Positions 48,653-58,696 of a stretch of DNA of 64,000 bases are shown here, in pieces. This DNA comes from an uncultured Gemmatimonadaceae bacterium (GTDB taxonomy: Bacteria; Gemmatimonadota; Gemmatimonadetes; Gemmatimonadales; Gemmatimonadaceae): the NCBI GenBank assembly GCA_963829055.1, contig CAWHHI010000003.1, positions 32,001 through 96,000 of the forward strand. The letters run 5' to 3'. A program made the translations under genes and the position numbers. Below the pieces are notes generated by a model. That model searched no databases. It saw only the letters and a list, made by a program, of their open reading frames with translations, and was not told the origin of the DNA. Within the stretch, counting starts at the first letter, position 1. The number at the start of each line of letters is the position of its first letter.

Positions 48653-51600
48653 ATGCGACCCATTTCCATTCTCCCGTTTCTCGCCGCAACGGCTCTCGCG
48701 GGCTCAGCGGCGTTTGCACAGTCAGCGCGTCCGCCGCTCGACTCGGCGACGGTGGCCGGCTTTCGTTGGCGCACCGTCGGCCCGGCCAATTTCGAAGGCC
48801 GAGTCGCGGACGTCGTCGGCATCCCGAGTCCGTCGAAGACGTTCTTCGTGGCTGCGGCGGGCGGCGGCATCTGGAAGACGACGAATGCGGGCACGACCTT
48901 CCGCCCGGTGTTCGATGACTATCCCGTGGTGGCGATGGGCTCGCTCGCGATCGCGCCGTCCGACACGCAGCAGGTGTGGGCGGGCACCGGCGAGCAGAAC
49001 TCGCGCAACACCATCGAGCCCGGGCAGGGCATCTACAAGTCCACCGACGGTGGGCTCAAGTGGAAGCTCATGGGTCTCGAAAAAACGCAGCACATCGGGC
49101 GCATTGTGGTGCATCCGACCAACCCCAACATCGTCTACGTGGCGGCGCTGGGCGCGGCGTGGAAATCGAATCCCGAGCGCGGCCTCTACAAGACGGAGGA
49201 CGGCGGGACGACCTGGAAGCTCATCAAGTTCGTCAGCGACAAGGCCGGGTTCATCGATGTCGCGCTCGACCCGAAGAACCCGAACGTCGTCTGGGCTTCG
49301 AGCTACGAACGGTCGCGCGGTCCGTACTTCCTGAAGTCGGGCGGTCCGGGCTCGGCGCTGTGGAAGTCGACCGACGCGGGCGCGACGTGGACCGAGGTGA
49401 AGGGCGGCGGCTTCCCGGAGACGCAGAAGGGCCGCATCAGCTTCTCGATCTTCCCCGAGAACACGGACATCGTCTACGCGATGGTCGAGGCCGACTCCAT
49501 TCGCGGCCAGAAGGCGGCGCCCGGCGCGAAGCGGCAGAAGCTCGGGAACGGCCTCTATCGCACGAAGGACGGCGGCAAGACGTGGGAGAAGATGAACGAC
49601 GCGAACACGCGGCCGTTCTACTACTCGCAGGTGCGCGTTCATCCGAAGAACCCGGAGAAGGTGTGGTTCTCGTCGACATCGGTGCTCGTGTCGAACGACG
49701 GCGGCAAGACGGCCCGCACCGCGACGCAGGGCGTCCACGTCGACCACCACGCAATGTGGATCGACCCTAACGATCCCGATCATTTCGTCGTCGGCGACGA
49801 CGGTGGCATCTCGATGACGTGGGACGGCGGCGGCAACTACGACTTCGCCGCCACGCTGCCGCTCGCGCAGTTCTACTCGGTGAGCTTCGACTTCGAGACG
49901 CCATACAACATCTGCGCTGGGGCGCAGGACAACGGGTCGTGGTGCGGCCCGAGCCGCCGGAAGCAGGGCCCGGTGACGAACGCGTACTGGTTCACGTACT
50001 CCGGCGGCGACGGCTTCTGGACGGCGCAGCACCCGACCGAGCCGCACATCATCTTCGGCGAGTCGCAGGGCGGCAACATCCAGCGCTGGGACACGAAGAA
50101 CGGGACGACGACCAATCTCGTCAAGCCGTCGTGGCGCCCGCGTTATGCGATGTACGAGGACTCGATTCTCGTCACGCGCGGCGACAGCGCGACGCCAGCG
50201 AACAAGGATCAGCAGTCGCGGATCGCGCAGTACCGCTCGAAGCAGAAGGCCGACTCGGCCGAGCTCGACGTGCGCTTCAACTGGGAGACGCCGTATTTCC
50301 TCTCCCCGCATAACGCGGACGTCATGTACGTCGGTGGAAACCGCGTGCTCAAGTCGACGCAGCGCGGCGACAACCTCTATCCGATCTCGCCCGATCTTTC
50401 CAAGAAGCAGATGGCGAAGATCGATACGAGCATGAACAAGACGGGCGGCATCACGCTGGACGCGACGGGCGCCGAAACGTACGGGACAGTTGTCGCGCTG
50501 GCGGAGTCGTACGTGCGCCCTGGCTTTCTCGCGGCGGGCACGGACGATGGCAACTTCTGGGTCACGAAGAACGACGGCGCGACGTGGGAGCAGATTCCCG
50601 CCGCGCGGTTCGCGGGACTCGCATCGGGCGACGTCTACGTGAGCCGCATCGAGCCGTCGCACTTCGATTCGCTGACGTTCTACGTCACGTTCGACAACCA
50701 TCGCTGGAACGATTTCACGCCGTACCTGTACGTGACCAACGATTACGGGAAGACGTTCCGCTCGCTGGTGAACAACCTCCCGAAGGAGAGCGTCGCGGAC
50801 TTCGTGCACACGGTGCGTGAGGACCCGTACAACCGCGACCTGCTGTTCGTCGGTACGTCGCGCGCGGTGTACACGTCGCTCGACCGCGGACAGAGCTGGC
50901 AGCGGCTCATGTCGGGGATGCCCACGGTACCGGTGTACGACCTCAAGATCCACCCGCGGGACCGCGAGCTGATCGCGGCAACGCACGGGCGCGGCGTCTG
51001 GATCGTCGACATCACGCCGCTCGAGCAGCTGGCCGGTGCCAACGGGACCAAGGTCGTGGCCGATGCGGCGTATCTGTTCCAGCCGAAAACGGCGTACGAG
51101 TACGGTCAGGGTCCGGCGTTAGGCGCCTCGGCGAACGGCGAGGGTCATAAGGTGTTCAACGCGCCGAGTCCGGCGTATGGTGCCGAGATCGTCTATCGTG
51201 TAGGGGCGGGCGCGATGGCGAACGCGTCGTCTTCGGACAACGACGGGAACAATGCCGCACCGGCCGCGGCAGCGGCACCTAACGCTGGAGGCTCGGCGGC
51301 GCGCGGCCAGGGGCAGCGCGGTCAGCGGGGCCCGCAGGCGCAGATTCTCATCACGAACGCGAAGGGCGACACGGTGCGGACGCTCACCGGCCCGGCGTCG
51401 GCGGGTCTGCATCGCGTGACGTGGGACTTCCGCGGCCGCGCCGCACCGCGGGCTCCGCTCTCGCCGTCGCAGTTGCGCGACAGCGTGATCGCGGCGCGGC
51501 GGATGGACTTCGTGTTCGACTCGCTCGAGAAGGCGGGGACGATGCCGAAGCCGGCGCTCGACCGAATCCGGCAGGCGATGGCCGGCGGCGACATCGGCGC

Positions 51601-51994
51601 GTTGTTCCGCGGCGGCGGTGGCCGAGGCGCCGGCGGTGGTGGTGCATGGAACCCGCGCCCCGGTGAGGGCGCCGTCATCGGCGCGGCAGGTGCCCGTGGC
51701 GGAGAAGGTGCCGCCGAGGGTGCCGCCAGCGACAATCCGGCTGATGCGTTGAACGCATTCCCGGGCGGTGCGCAGGAACTGCAGCAGTTGCTGCGTCCAC
51801 CGGGTCAGCAGGGTGGACGTGGCGGTGGCGGCGGTGGGCGCGGCGCACAGGCGCCGGTGGTCAATAGCGGCGACTACCTCGTCACGCTCACCGTCGGCGG
51901 CAAGACGTACAAGCAGCTGCTGCGAGTCGAGCGCGTAAGCGGCGGCGACGACACCGGCGGCGGCTTCGGCGGCGACGACGACAAGGAGCCGTAA
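48653..51994 (+). CDS. VPS10/sortilin-like BNR-repeat beta-propeller protein (putative glycosyl hydrolase)
   Basis: WRTVGPANFEGRV, repeated S/TxDGGxTW Asp-boxes, HVDHHAMWIDP, ATHGRGVW. Confidence 0.85.
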   Translation: MRPISILPFLAATALAGSAAFAQSARPPLDSATVAGFRWRTVGPANFEGRVADVVGIPSPSKTFFVAAAGGGIWKTTNAGTTFRPVFDDYPVVAMGSLAIAPSDTQQVWAGTGEQNSRNTIEPGQGIYKSTDGGLKWKLMGLEKTQHIGRIVVHPTNPNIVYVAALGAAWKSNPERGLYKTEDGGTTWKLIKFVSDKAGFIDVALDPKNPNVVWASSYERSRGPYFLKSGGPGSALWKSTDAGATWTEVKGGGFPETQKGRISFSIFPENTDIVYAMVEADSIRGQKAAPGAKRQKLGNGLYRTKDGGKTWEKMNDANTRPFYYSQVRVHPKNPEKVWFSSTSVLVSNDGGKTARTATQGVHVDHHAMWIDPNDPDHFVVGDDGGISMTWDGGGNYDFAATLPLAQFYSVSFDFETPYNICAGAQDNGSWCGPSRRKQGPVTNAYWFTYSGGDGFWTAQHPTEPHIIFGESQGGNIQRWDTKNGTTTNLVKPSWRPRYAMYEDSILVTRGDSATPANKDQQSRIAQYRSKQKADSAELDVRFNWETPYFLSPHNADVMYVGGNRVLKSTQRGDNLYPISPDLSKKQMAKIDTSMNKTGGITLDATGAETYGTVVALAESYVRPGFLAAGTDDGNFWVTKNDGATWEQIPAARFAGLASGDVYVSRIEPSHFDSLTFYVTFDNHRWNDFTPYLYVTNDYGKTFRSLVNNLPKESVADFVHTVREDPYNRDLLFVGTSRAVYTSLDRGQSWQRLMSGMPTVPVYDLKIHPRDRELIAATHGRGVWIVDITPLEQLAGANGTKVVADAAYLFQPKTAYEYGQGPALGASANGEGHKVFNAPSPAYGAEIVYRVGAGAMANASSSDNDGNNAAPAAAAAPNAGGSAARGQGQRGQRGPQAQILITNAKGDTVRTLTGPASAGLHRVTWDFRGRAAPRAPLSPSQLRDSVIAARRMDFVFDSLEKAGTMPKPALDRIRQAMAGGDIGALFRGGGGRGAGGGGAWNPRPGEGAVIGAAGARGGEGAAEGAASDNPADALNAFPGGAQELQQLLRPPGQQGGRGGGGGGRGAQAPVVNSGDYLVTLTVGGKTYKQLLRVERVSGGDDTGGGFGGDDDKEP

Positions 51995-52021
51995 CGTCCT
52001 CCGGCGATTGATGCAATGTGT

Positions 52022-52049
52022 GAAGGGCCGCCTAACAAGGCGGCCCTTC
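52022..52049 (+). terminator. Terminator-like hairpin whose loop overlaps a CCTAAC motif
   Basis: GAAGGGCCGCCT-AACA-AGGCGGCCCTTC just after the stop codon; T tract weak. Confidence 0.6.
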
Positions 52050-52347
52050 TGCATCTTGCGTCACTGCCGCGTTAGGTGTGAGCGACGTCACGCGCGTCGT
52101 GAAGCGCGGGATGGTGGGGGCGTTCGACACCGAGCATCACGCGCTTGGACCTCTGCCATACCGATGGCGATCTGCACTAGGTCGTGTTTGCCGGCAAGCC
52201 GGTTGAAGACGAGTTGAGTGCGTGGAATTCGAAGCAACGATCGCGAACGGCTGAGGCACGTGTATTGACTTGCTTCTGGGTCGCGAAACCTGTCGACGCT
52301 GTCGTCGCGGGTTGACGAGAGGCCCACCAGAAGGAGTCGAACGCCGG

Positions 52348-52554
52348 ATGACTAACCCTCGCCTTTGCTTCGTCGACTCGTTGGGAACCGATTGGCGCAT
52401 CTATGAAGTCGCGTCGGCGAATGTCCCTGCTCCGCGCGGCCGCAATTGCCTGATCTTCGAGTCTTCCCAGGCCGTTCGCCGCGTCTGGAATTATCCGAAC
52501 AACTGGCACAACCTCACGTCCGATGAGCTCAGTGCGCTGAGCTGGAATACCTGA
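52348..52554 (+). CDS. Small hypothetical protein (68 aa)
   Basis: AAGGAG RBS; FVDSLGTDWRIYE...CLIFES...RRVWNYPNNW...LSALS looks like a folded protein rather than a shadow ORF. Confidence 0.65.
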   Translation: MTNPRLCFVDSLGTDWRIYEVASANVPAPRGRNCLIFESSQAVRRVWNYPNNWHNLTSDELSALSWNT

Positions 52555-52973
52555 TTCGGCATACCTGAATCCTCCTCGATCTGCTCGCGACACCGATCGA
52601 CACGTTACGCCGGGACGTACCGCTACCGTGCGCCTCCTCGACACCACTCGGTAAGCTGCTCTCCTCTCACCGCCCGGTAGCGGTGCTTCTTTCCCCCGGA
52701 ACCTTTCCGGTTCCGAGGGATTTTCTCGTCTCTCAAGCACCGGGAGCCTGTGACGTCTGACCGCTGCCATAGGTCGGTCAGTACACCCGTCCGTCAGTGC
52801 CATCGGGTCACCGAAGGTCGGCACGGGTTGCCTAGGTCATTTGACGGATGTCATCCCCGGTGCCACGGCGATATCGTTGCACATCGCCCAATGCCGATCC
52901 AGCGAGGGCACGCAGCCGTCACACGAGTGTACGACTGAACAAGCGGTCCTGTTATGAAGCGAGGCAGTCGGAA

Positions 52974-53816
52974 ATGGCTGTAACACATAGAGTTGTGAGA
53001 CACGTGGGGGTGGCGCTCGTGGCCCTGGCTTCCGTTGTCGCTGCGCCTCGGGCGCGAGCGCAGGATGTCGGGCAGACGATTGCCGCGAGCCTTCCCAGGC
53101 TTCAGCCGCGGAAGGTGGTCCCGTTCGATACCGGCGAGAAGCTGACGTTCGACGTCCGCTTCGGCGGCTTGAAGGTCGGCAGTGGCCGCATGGAAGTGGT
53201 TGGCATGCAGGACGTCCGCGGCCGCGAAGCCTGGCACACGCGATTCACCGTGAAGGGCGGAATTCCGTTCTATCGCGTGAACGATCGCATGGAGAGCTGG
53301 ATCGACACGCGCACGTTCGAGTCACTGCGGTTCGTTCAGGATCTCGAAGAGGGCCGGCGGGACAAGGAGCGGACGTTCGAGATTTACCCCGATCTCGCGA
53401 CCTATTCCGAGAACGGTGCGAAATCGACAGCGAGCGTCGAAGACCCCCTCGACGACGCGGCGTTCATGTATTTCGTGCGCACGATCTCGCTCGAGGTCGG
53501 GAAGACATACGACTTCAATCGCTACTTCCGGCCCGATCGAAACCCGGTCCAGATCCGCGTGTTGCGGAAGGACACGATCAACGTTCCGGCCGGCAGATTC
53601 CAGACGGTCGTGATTCAGCCGGTCATCAAGTCGAAAGGCATCTTCTCCGAGAAGGGCCATGCAGAGATGTGGCTCACGGATGATCCGCGCCGTCTGCTCG
53701 TGCAGATGAAGACCGACCTGTCGATCGGTTCACTCAGTCTCTACCTGCGCGGCTACGTTCCCGGAAACGTGGCGATGGCCACGGGTGATGACGGCCAGGC
53801 AGCGAAATTGCCCTGA
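52974..53816 (+). CDS. DUF3108 domain protein
   Basis: Signal peptide; PF..GEKLTFDVRFG, INVPAGRF, MWLTDDPRRL. Confidence 0.8.
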   Translation: MAVTHRVVRHVGVALVALASVVAAPRARAQDVGQTIAASLPRLQPRKVVPFDTGEKLTFDVRFGGLKVGSGRMEVVGMQDVRGREAWHTRFTVKGGIPFYRVNDRMESWIDTRTFESLRFVQDLEEGRRDKERTFEIYPDLATYSENGAKSTASVEDPLDDAAFMYFVRTISLEVGKTYDFNRYFRPDRNPVQIRVLRKDTINVPAGRFQTVVIQPVIKSKGIFSEKGHAEMWLTDDPRRLLVQMKTDLSIGSLSLYLRGYVPGNVAMATGDDGQAAKLP

Positions 53817-54001
53817 GCGATCCGACACGTCCGTCCAATCCTGCATAACGAATCGAGGCCGCCTGACTCAGGCGGCCTCTCCGTTTTCGCGCACGAACCG
53901 ACCACATCGTCAACGAGATCGCCGTATGCTCGGTGCGCTTGTGAGCGCCCCAGCCGATGCCCATACTGGGGGCTTCCGACTGTCACCCAGTGAGTCATCC
54001 A

Positions 54002-54655
54002 ATGCGCGTCACGCCTCTCGAGCCGTCAGCCCCGTCATCACCCGCGCACAGCCCGAGGCGCGCGTTCGTCGCCCGACTCGCTGGCGTGATCGCGACGTGG
54101 CCGTTCGTTGGCAGCCGACTCGGCGCCATCGTGGCGAGCCGATTCGGCATCATGCCGGCCAGCGAGCGCGAGCCTAACGCCAGCCTGCTCGACGCGCTAG
54201 GCGACGCGGTATTGCCCGCGGAGCTCGGACCGTCGGGGATGACTCGCGCAGTCGGCGCGTTTCAGCAGTGGATGGACGAGTATCGGCCCGGAGCGGAGGC
54301 CAACCACGGGTACGGCACTGGCCGTATAGAGAGCGTGCCGGCCGACCCGCGGCCGCACTGGCGAGATCAGCTCGCCGCGCTCGACTCCGCCGCTCGGCGC
54401 GAGGGCGCTTCGTTCGCTCGCCTCTCCCGCGAGCGCCGTCAGGCACTGGTGCGTACGGCGCTCGCGGGAGAGCGCGGCGAGTCGCTGCCGTCGCCGCTCG
54501 CGGCGCGTCACGTCGCGGTCGCGCTGCTCGCACACTTCTACGACTCGCCCGCGGCCACAGATCTCTGTTACGAAGCGGAGATCGGCCGGCAGCAGTGCCG
54601 TCCACTGGCCGCGCAGACCCAGAAACCGGTGGCGCTCGCGCGGAGGGGCCGATGA
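54002..54655 (+). CDS. Gluconate 2-dehydrogenase subunit-3-like protein (Tat-type signal)
   Basis: SPRRAFV; DAVLP; FARLS.ERR; FYDSP; ATGA overlap with the GMC gene. Confidence 0.65.
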   Translation: MRVTPLEPSAPSSPAHSPRRAFVARLAGVIATWPFVGSRLGAIVASRFGIMPASEREPNASLLDALGDAVLPAELGPSGMTRAVGAFQQWMDEYRPGAEANHGYGTGRIESVPADPRPHWRDQLAALDSAARREGASFARLSRERRQALVRTALAGERGESLPSPLAARHVAVALLAHFYDSPAATDLCYEAEIGRQQCRPLAAQTQKPVALARRGR

Positions 54656-56286
54656 CGCTCGTTAGGCTCCAGGGCCGACCAGAGGTGATCGAGAGCGACA
54701 TCTGCATCATCGGCTCGGGGATCACCGCGGCGATGGTCGCGGAGAAGCTGGCGGAGGAGCGGCAGGCGCGGATCGTCGTCGTGGAGGCGGGCGATGACAC
54801 CGTGCCACTCCCCGAGCGTGCGGCGAACCGGGCGAGGTTTGTCGCCTACGGCGAGAACCCGTGGGGACGCGACCACATCGACGGCATGACCGCCGAAGGG
54901 ATTCAGTCGCGGTCGATGCAGGTCGGTGGGCTGGCCATGCACTGGGGCGGTGTCACGCCGCGGTTCTCGCCGGAGGACTTCCGCGTGAAGTCGCTGTACG
55001 GCGTCGGCCACGACTGGCCGGTGAGCTACGACGAGTTCGAGCCGTTCTATCAGGAAGCCGAGCAGCGGATCGGTGTGGCGGGCGAGCAGGGGCCGACGGA
55101 GTTGGATCCGCGGTCCAAGCCGTTTCCGATGCCGGCACTGCCGCTGACGTACAACCTCGAGAAGCTCAAGGGCTGGACGGACGCTGCCGGCATCGCGATG
55201 TGGAGTCAGCCGTCGGCGAAGAACTCGGTTGCGTACCGCGGTCGGGCGGTCTGCTGCCGGAACGATACCTGTTCGCCGGTGTGTCCGGTCGGCGCCAAGT
55301 ATTCGCCGGACTTCACGTGGAGCGCGCTCAAGGCGTCGAAGCGCGTCGAGCTCGTGACACGGACGCTCGTTAGGCGACTGGTCGTCGAACCCGGGTCGAA
55401 CCGGGTCGTGCGTGCGGAGGCGGTGCGTCGTGATCGTGGCGGTGCTGCCGGTGCGCCGGTGGAATTCAGGGCGAAGACGTTCGTCGTCGCCGCCGGGTAC
55501 GCGTGGAGCCCGCATCTGCTGTTGCTGTCACGAAGCGCGCGCTTCCCGAACGGGCTCGCCAATCGGTCGGGCACGGTCGGGAAGTACATGACCGGACATC
55601 GGAACGTGTCCGCGTTCGTGAAGCTTCCCATGCGCCTGTATCCGGGAATGAACGAGCAGCACAGTCTCGTCACGAAGCAGTTCATGCGGCCCGGAAAGCT
55701 CGATCGGTACATGCGTCACGATCTGCGGGTGTGGGAGTCGAGCGTTGGTCGGCGTCCGCGTCTCAAGGGCGATGACGGTGGCGTGCTGCTCGGCGATGAC
55801 CTACTCGGCGATTGGCGGCGGCGCAGTATCGAGGGCACGGCGCGTGTGCGGGCCTACTACGACGTGATTCCCGATCGCGAGAGCGCGCTCACGCTCAATG
55901 AAGCTGCGTCGAACCAGTACGGCGATCCGCAGCCGAAGCTGACGTTCCGTGACAGCGCCGAGTCGGCGGCGGTGCGCGGGCATACGGAGGATTCGATCAA
56001 GGCCCTGTTCCAGCGGATGGCGCGTGCTGGTAACGGCGAGATCATCCGAACGGCGGTCGACGACTTTCAGGATCATCCGGCCGGCGGGTGTCGCATGGGT
56101 GATGATCCCGCGACGAGCGTGGTGGATAGCCACGGGCGCGCGCACGATCACGAGAACCTGTTCGTGGTTGGCGCGCCGACGAGCGTGAGCGGTGGCTGTG
56201 CGAACGCGACGTTGACGTTTCTGGCGGTCGCGCTGCGTCAGGCGACGGCGATCGGGCAGGCGTTTCCGGCGCGGCGGTCGACATGA
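54652..56286 (+). CDS. GMC family FAD oxidoreductase
   Basis: IIGSGITA, VGGLAMHWGG, CSPVCPVGAKY, HPAGGCRMG, HDHENLFVVG. Confidence 0.9.
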   Translation: MTLVRLQGRPEVIESDICIIGSGITAAMVAEKLAEERQARIVVVEAGDDTVPLPERAANRARFVAYGENPWGRDHIDGMTAEGIQSRSMQVGGLAMHWGGVTPRFSPEDFRVKSLYGVGHDWPVSYDEFEPFYQEAEQRIGVAGEQGPTELDPRSKPFPMPALPLTYNLEKLKGWTDAAGIAMWSQPSAKNSVAYRGRAVCCRNDTCSPVCPVGAKYSPDFTWSALKASKRVELVTRTLVRRLVVEPGSNRVVRAEAVRRDRGGAAGAPVEFRAKTFVVAAGYAWSPHLLLLSRSARFPNGLANRSGTVGKYMTGHRNVSAFVKLPMRLYPGMNEQHSLVTKQFMRPGKLDRYMRHDLRVWESSVGRRPRLKGDDGGVLLGDDLLGDWRRRSIEGTARVRAYYDVIPDRESALTLNEAASNQYGDPQPKLTFRDSAESAAVRGHTEDSIKALFQRMARAGNGEIIRTAVDDFQDHPAGGCRMGDDPATSVVDSHGRAHDHENLFVVGAPTSVSGGCANATLTFLAVALRQATAIGQAFPARRST

Positions 56287-56331
56287 TCGGGAATCGGGAA
56301 TGGGGAATCGGGAATCGGCGGCGGCGGCAAC

Positions 56332-58341
56332 ATGTCCCTTGGCGCGGGCACGGTCGCGATCTGGCACTTCGGCGCTGGTAACGGGCTGCGCACCATCGTC
56401 CGGCAGCCAGGCGGCGCCTCAGGACAGCCTCGACGGCTCCGTCTCCGCGAACGGCCTCGGCCGGAGCCGACCGGAAGCCTAACGAGTGGCCGGTGTACGG
56501 CGGAGATGCCGGCGGGCTCAAATACTCGCCGCTCACGACGATCGACCGGTCGAACGTCGCTCGACTCGCCGTCGCGTGGACGTGGAAGACCGGCGAGCAG
56601 GCAATTCCCGCGAGCGGCACGACGCTCGCTGCGCGCCCGGGACAGTTCCAGGTAACGCCGCTCGCGATCGGCGATACGCTCTATCTCAGCACGCCGTTCA
56701 ATCGCGTCGTCGCGCTCGACGCGGCGACAGGGCGCGAGTACTGGTCGTACGATCCAAAAGCGTATGAGGCCGGTCAGCCGTCGAACGGTACCGGCTTCGT
56801 TCACCGTGGCGTCGCGACGTGGACCGATGGTAAGGAGCGGCGGATTCTCATCGCGAGCCGCTGGCGATTGATCGCGCTCGACGCGGCGACCGGCAAACCG
56901 ATTCCGACGTTCGGCACGAATGGCGAGGTCGATCTCACGGCGAACATCCTGTGGAGCGTCGAGCGAAAGCACTACACGAACACGTCGCCGCCGGTCGTCT
57001 ACGGCGACCTCGTGATCGTCGGCAACGGAGTCGGCGACCGGCTCGTGTACAAGCGCGATCCCCCAGGCGACATCCAGGCGTTCGACGTTCGCACGGGCCG
57101 TCGGGTGTGGCGTTTCAATCCCATTCCGCAACCGGGCGAGTACGGCAACGAGACGTGGGAGGACAGCTCGTGGTCGCGCATGGGACACACGAACGTATGG
57201 GCGCCGTTCACCGTCGACGTTAGGCGGGGGCTCGTGTACCTCCCGTTCGGTACGCCGAGCAACGACTGGTACGGCGGTGAGCGACACGGGCGACAATCTG
57301 TTCGCCGAGTCGATCGTGTGTCTCGATGCGAAGACGGGGCGGCGCGTGTGGCACTATCAGATCACGCACCACGGCCTGTGGGACTACGACCTGCCGTCGC
57401 CGCCGGTGCTGGCGACGATCCACAAGGATGGCCGCGCGATCGACATCGTCGCGGTCGTCACCAAGCAGGGATGGGTGTTCGTGTTCGATCGCGTGACGGG
57501 ACAGCCCATCTGGCCGATCCAGGAGCGCGCTGTGCCGGCGAGCAGTGTTCCGGGTGAACGCGCGGCGGCGACGCAGCCCTTTCCGACGAAGCCGCCGCCG
57601 TTCGCGAAGCAGGGATTCACGGAGGACGATGTCATCGACTTCACGCCCGAGGTGAAGCGGCTCGCGCTGGCGGAGATCCGTCAGTATCGCACGGGGCCCT
57701 TGTACACGCCGCCGTCGCTCGAGGGGACGATCGTGATGCCGGGCGCGATCGGGGGTGGCGGATGGGGCGGCGGCGCGTTCGATCCCGCGACGGGCATGTT
57801 GTACGTGAAGGCGACGAACAATCCGGCGCTGTTCAAGCTGTTCCCGGTGGAGAGCCCGTCGGACACCGTGCAGGCACGGTACATGGTGGAGCTGGGTCGC
57901 GCGTTAGGCGCGCGAGCGCCCGCGACGGAGACGAGCGAGCGGACGGCGGAGCTTCCGGTGCACAAGCCGCCCTACGGCACGCTGACGGCCATCGATCTCA
58001 ACCGCGGCGAGCAGCTCTGGCAAGTCCCACTCGGCGACGAGCCGTCGATCCGGAATCATCCGTTGCTCCGGGGCGTGACGCTTCCGCCGTTGTTAGGCGT
58101 GCGCGGTGCGCCGGGACCGATCGTGACGGCGAGTGGGCTTCTGTTCGTGACTGGAGGCGGTCAGGTGCTGTACGCGATCGACTCGCGTGACGGTCGGACG
58201 CTCTGGCAGCACGACTTCGGCCGCGTGGCGTATTCCGTGCCCATGACGTACGCGACGCGGGATGGTCGGCAGTTCGTGGTGGTCGCGACAGGATCTGGGG
58301 CGAATGCGGAGCTGGTGGCGTTCTCCGTTGCTGCTCGCTGA
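56332..58341 (+). CDS. PQQ-dependent dehydrogenase (quinoprotein glucose dehydrogenase-like; frameshifted)
   Basis: YGGDAGGLKYSPL, FQVTPL, HRGVATW, HHGLWDYD, WGGGAFDP, PPYGTLTAIDL; start approximate. Confidence 0.85.
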
Positions 58342-58359
58342 CTGCGCTGCCTGGAGGAA

Positions 58360-58584
58360 GCAGGACAGGATTGGCGGGAGGCCTCGAGCAACCTATCGCT
58401 GAGACAGACCGACAGGAGTGAAAAACGAACTGCGGGAACTACGGGAGCCGCGGGAACGGCATGACAGGATTGCCAGGATTGGCAGGATTAACAGGATGAC
58501 ATCAGGGGGTGCGGCCACTCGCCGAGGCATAAAGCCGACGCCCTCTATGGTGTCAATCCTGCAAATCCTGCAATCCTGTCCTGC
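58360..58584. repeat. 9-mer tandem repeats (CAGGATTRN) with inverted copies
   Basis: ACAGGATTGCCAGGATTGGCAGGATTAACAGGATG opposite AATCCTGCAAATCCTGCAATCCTGTC; 14-bp inverted repeat 58360-58373 / 58571-58584. Confidence 0.7.
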
Positions 58585-58696
58585 CGTTCGTCGTTGTTGT
58601 TTGTTCTCAGCTGCGGCGGACGGTCGCTCGCGTTAGGTGACACGAAACGCGCGGGGATCAGGTGCGCTGATCCGCTCGTTCGTTCAGGCGGTCATG

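Noticed and set aside
48722..50986. 754-aa antisense ORF and many similar long overlapping ORFs
   Set aside because: Shadow ORFs typical of high-GC coding DNA; no recognisable motifs
52760..52850. c-di-GMP-I riboswitch (CTATGGCAGCGG-like segment on the minus strand)
   Set aside because: The GGCAAA...GAAA...GCAAA core is not properly present and there is no credible downstream gene on that strand
56332..58341. PQQ dehydrogenase as the methanol dehydrogenase (XoxF/MxaF) serving the C1 cluster
   Set aside because: No vicinal Cys-Cys or XoxF-type motifs seen; HHGLWDYD and PPYG motifs point to the glucose-dehydrogenase type
58418..58636. 72-aa ORF, and the repeats here as a CRISPR array
   Set aside because: Translated 9-mer tandem repeats; no spacers and no cas genes
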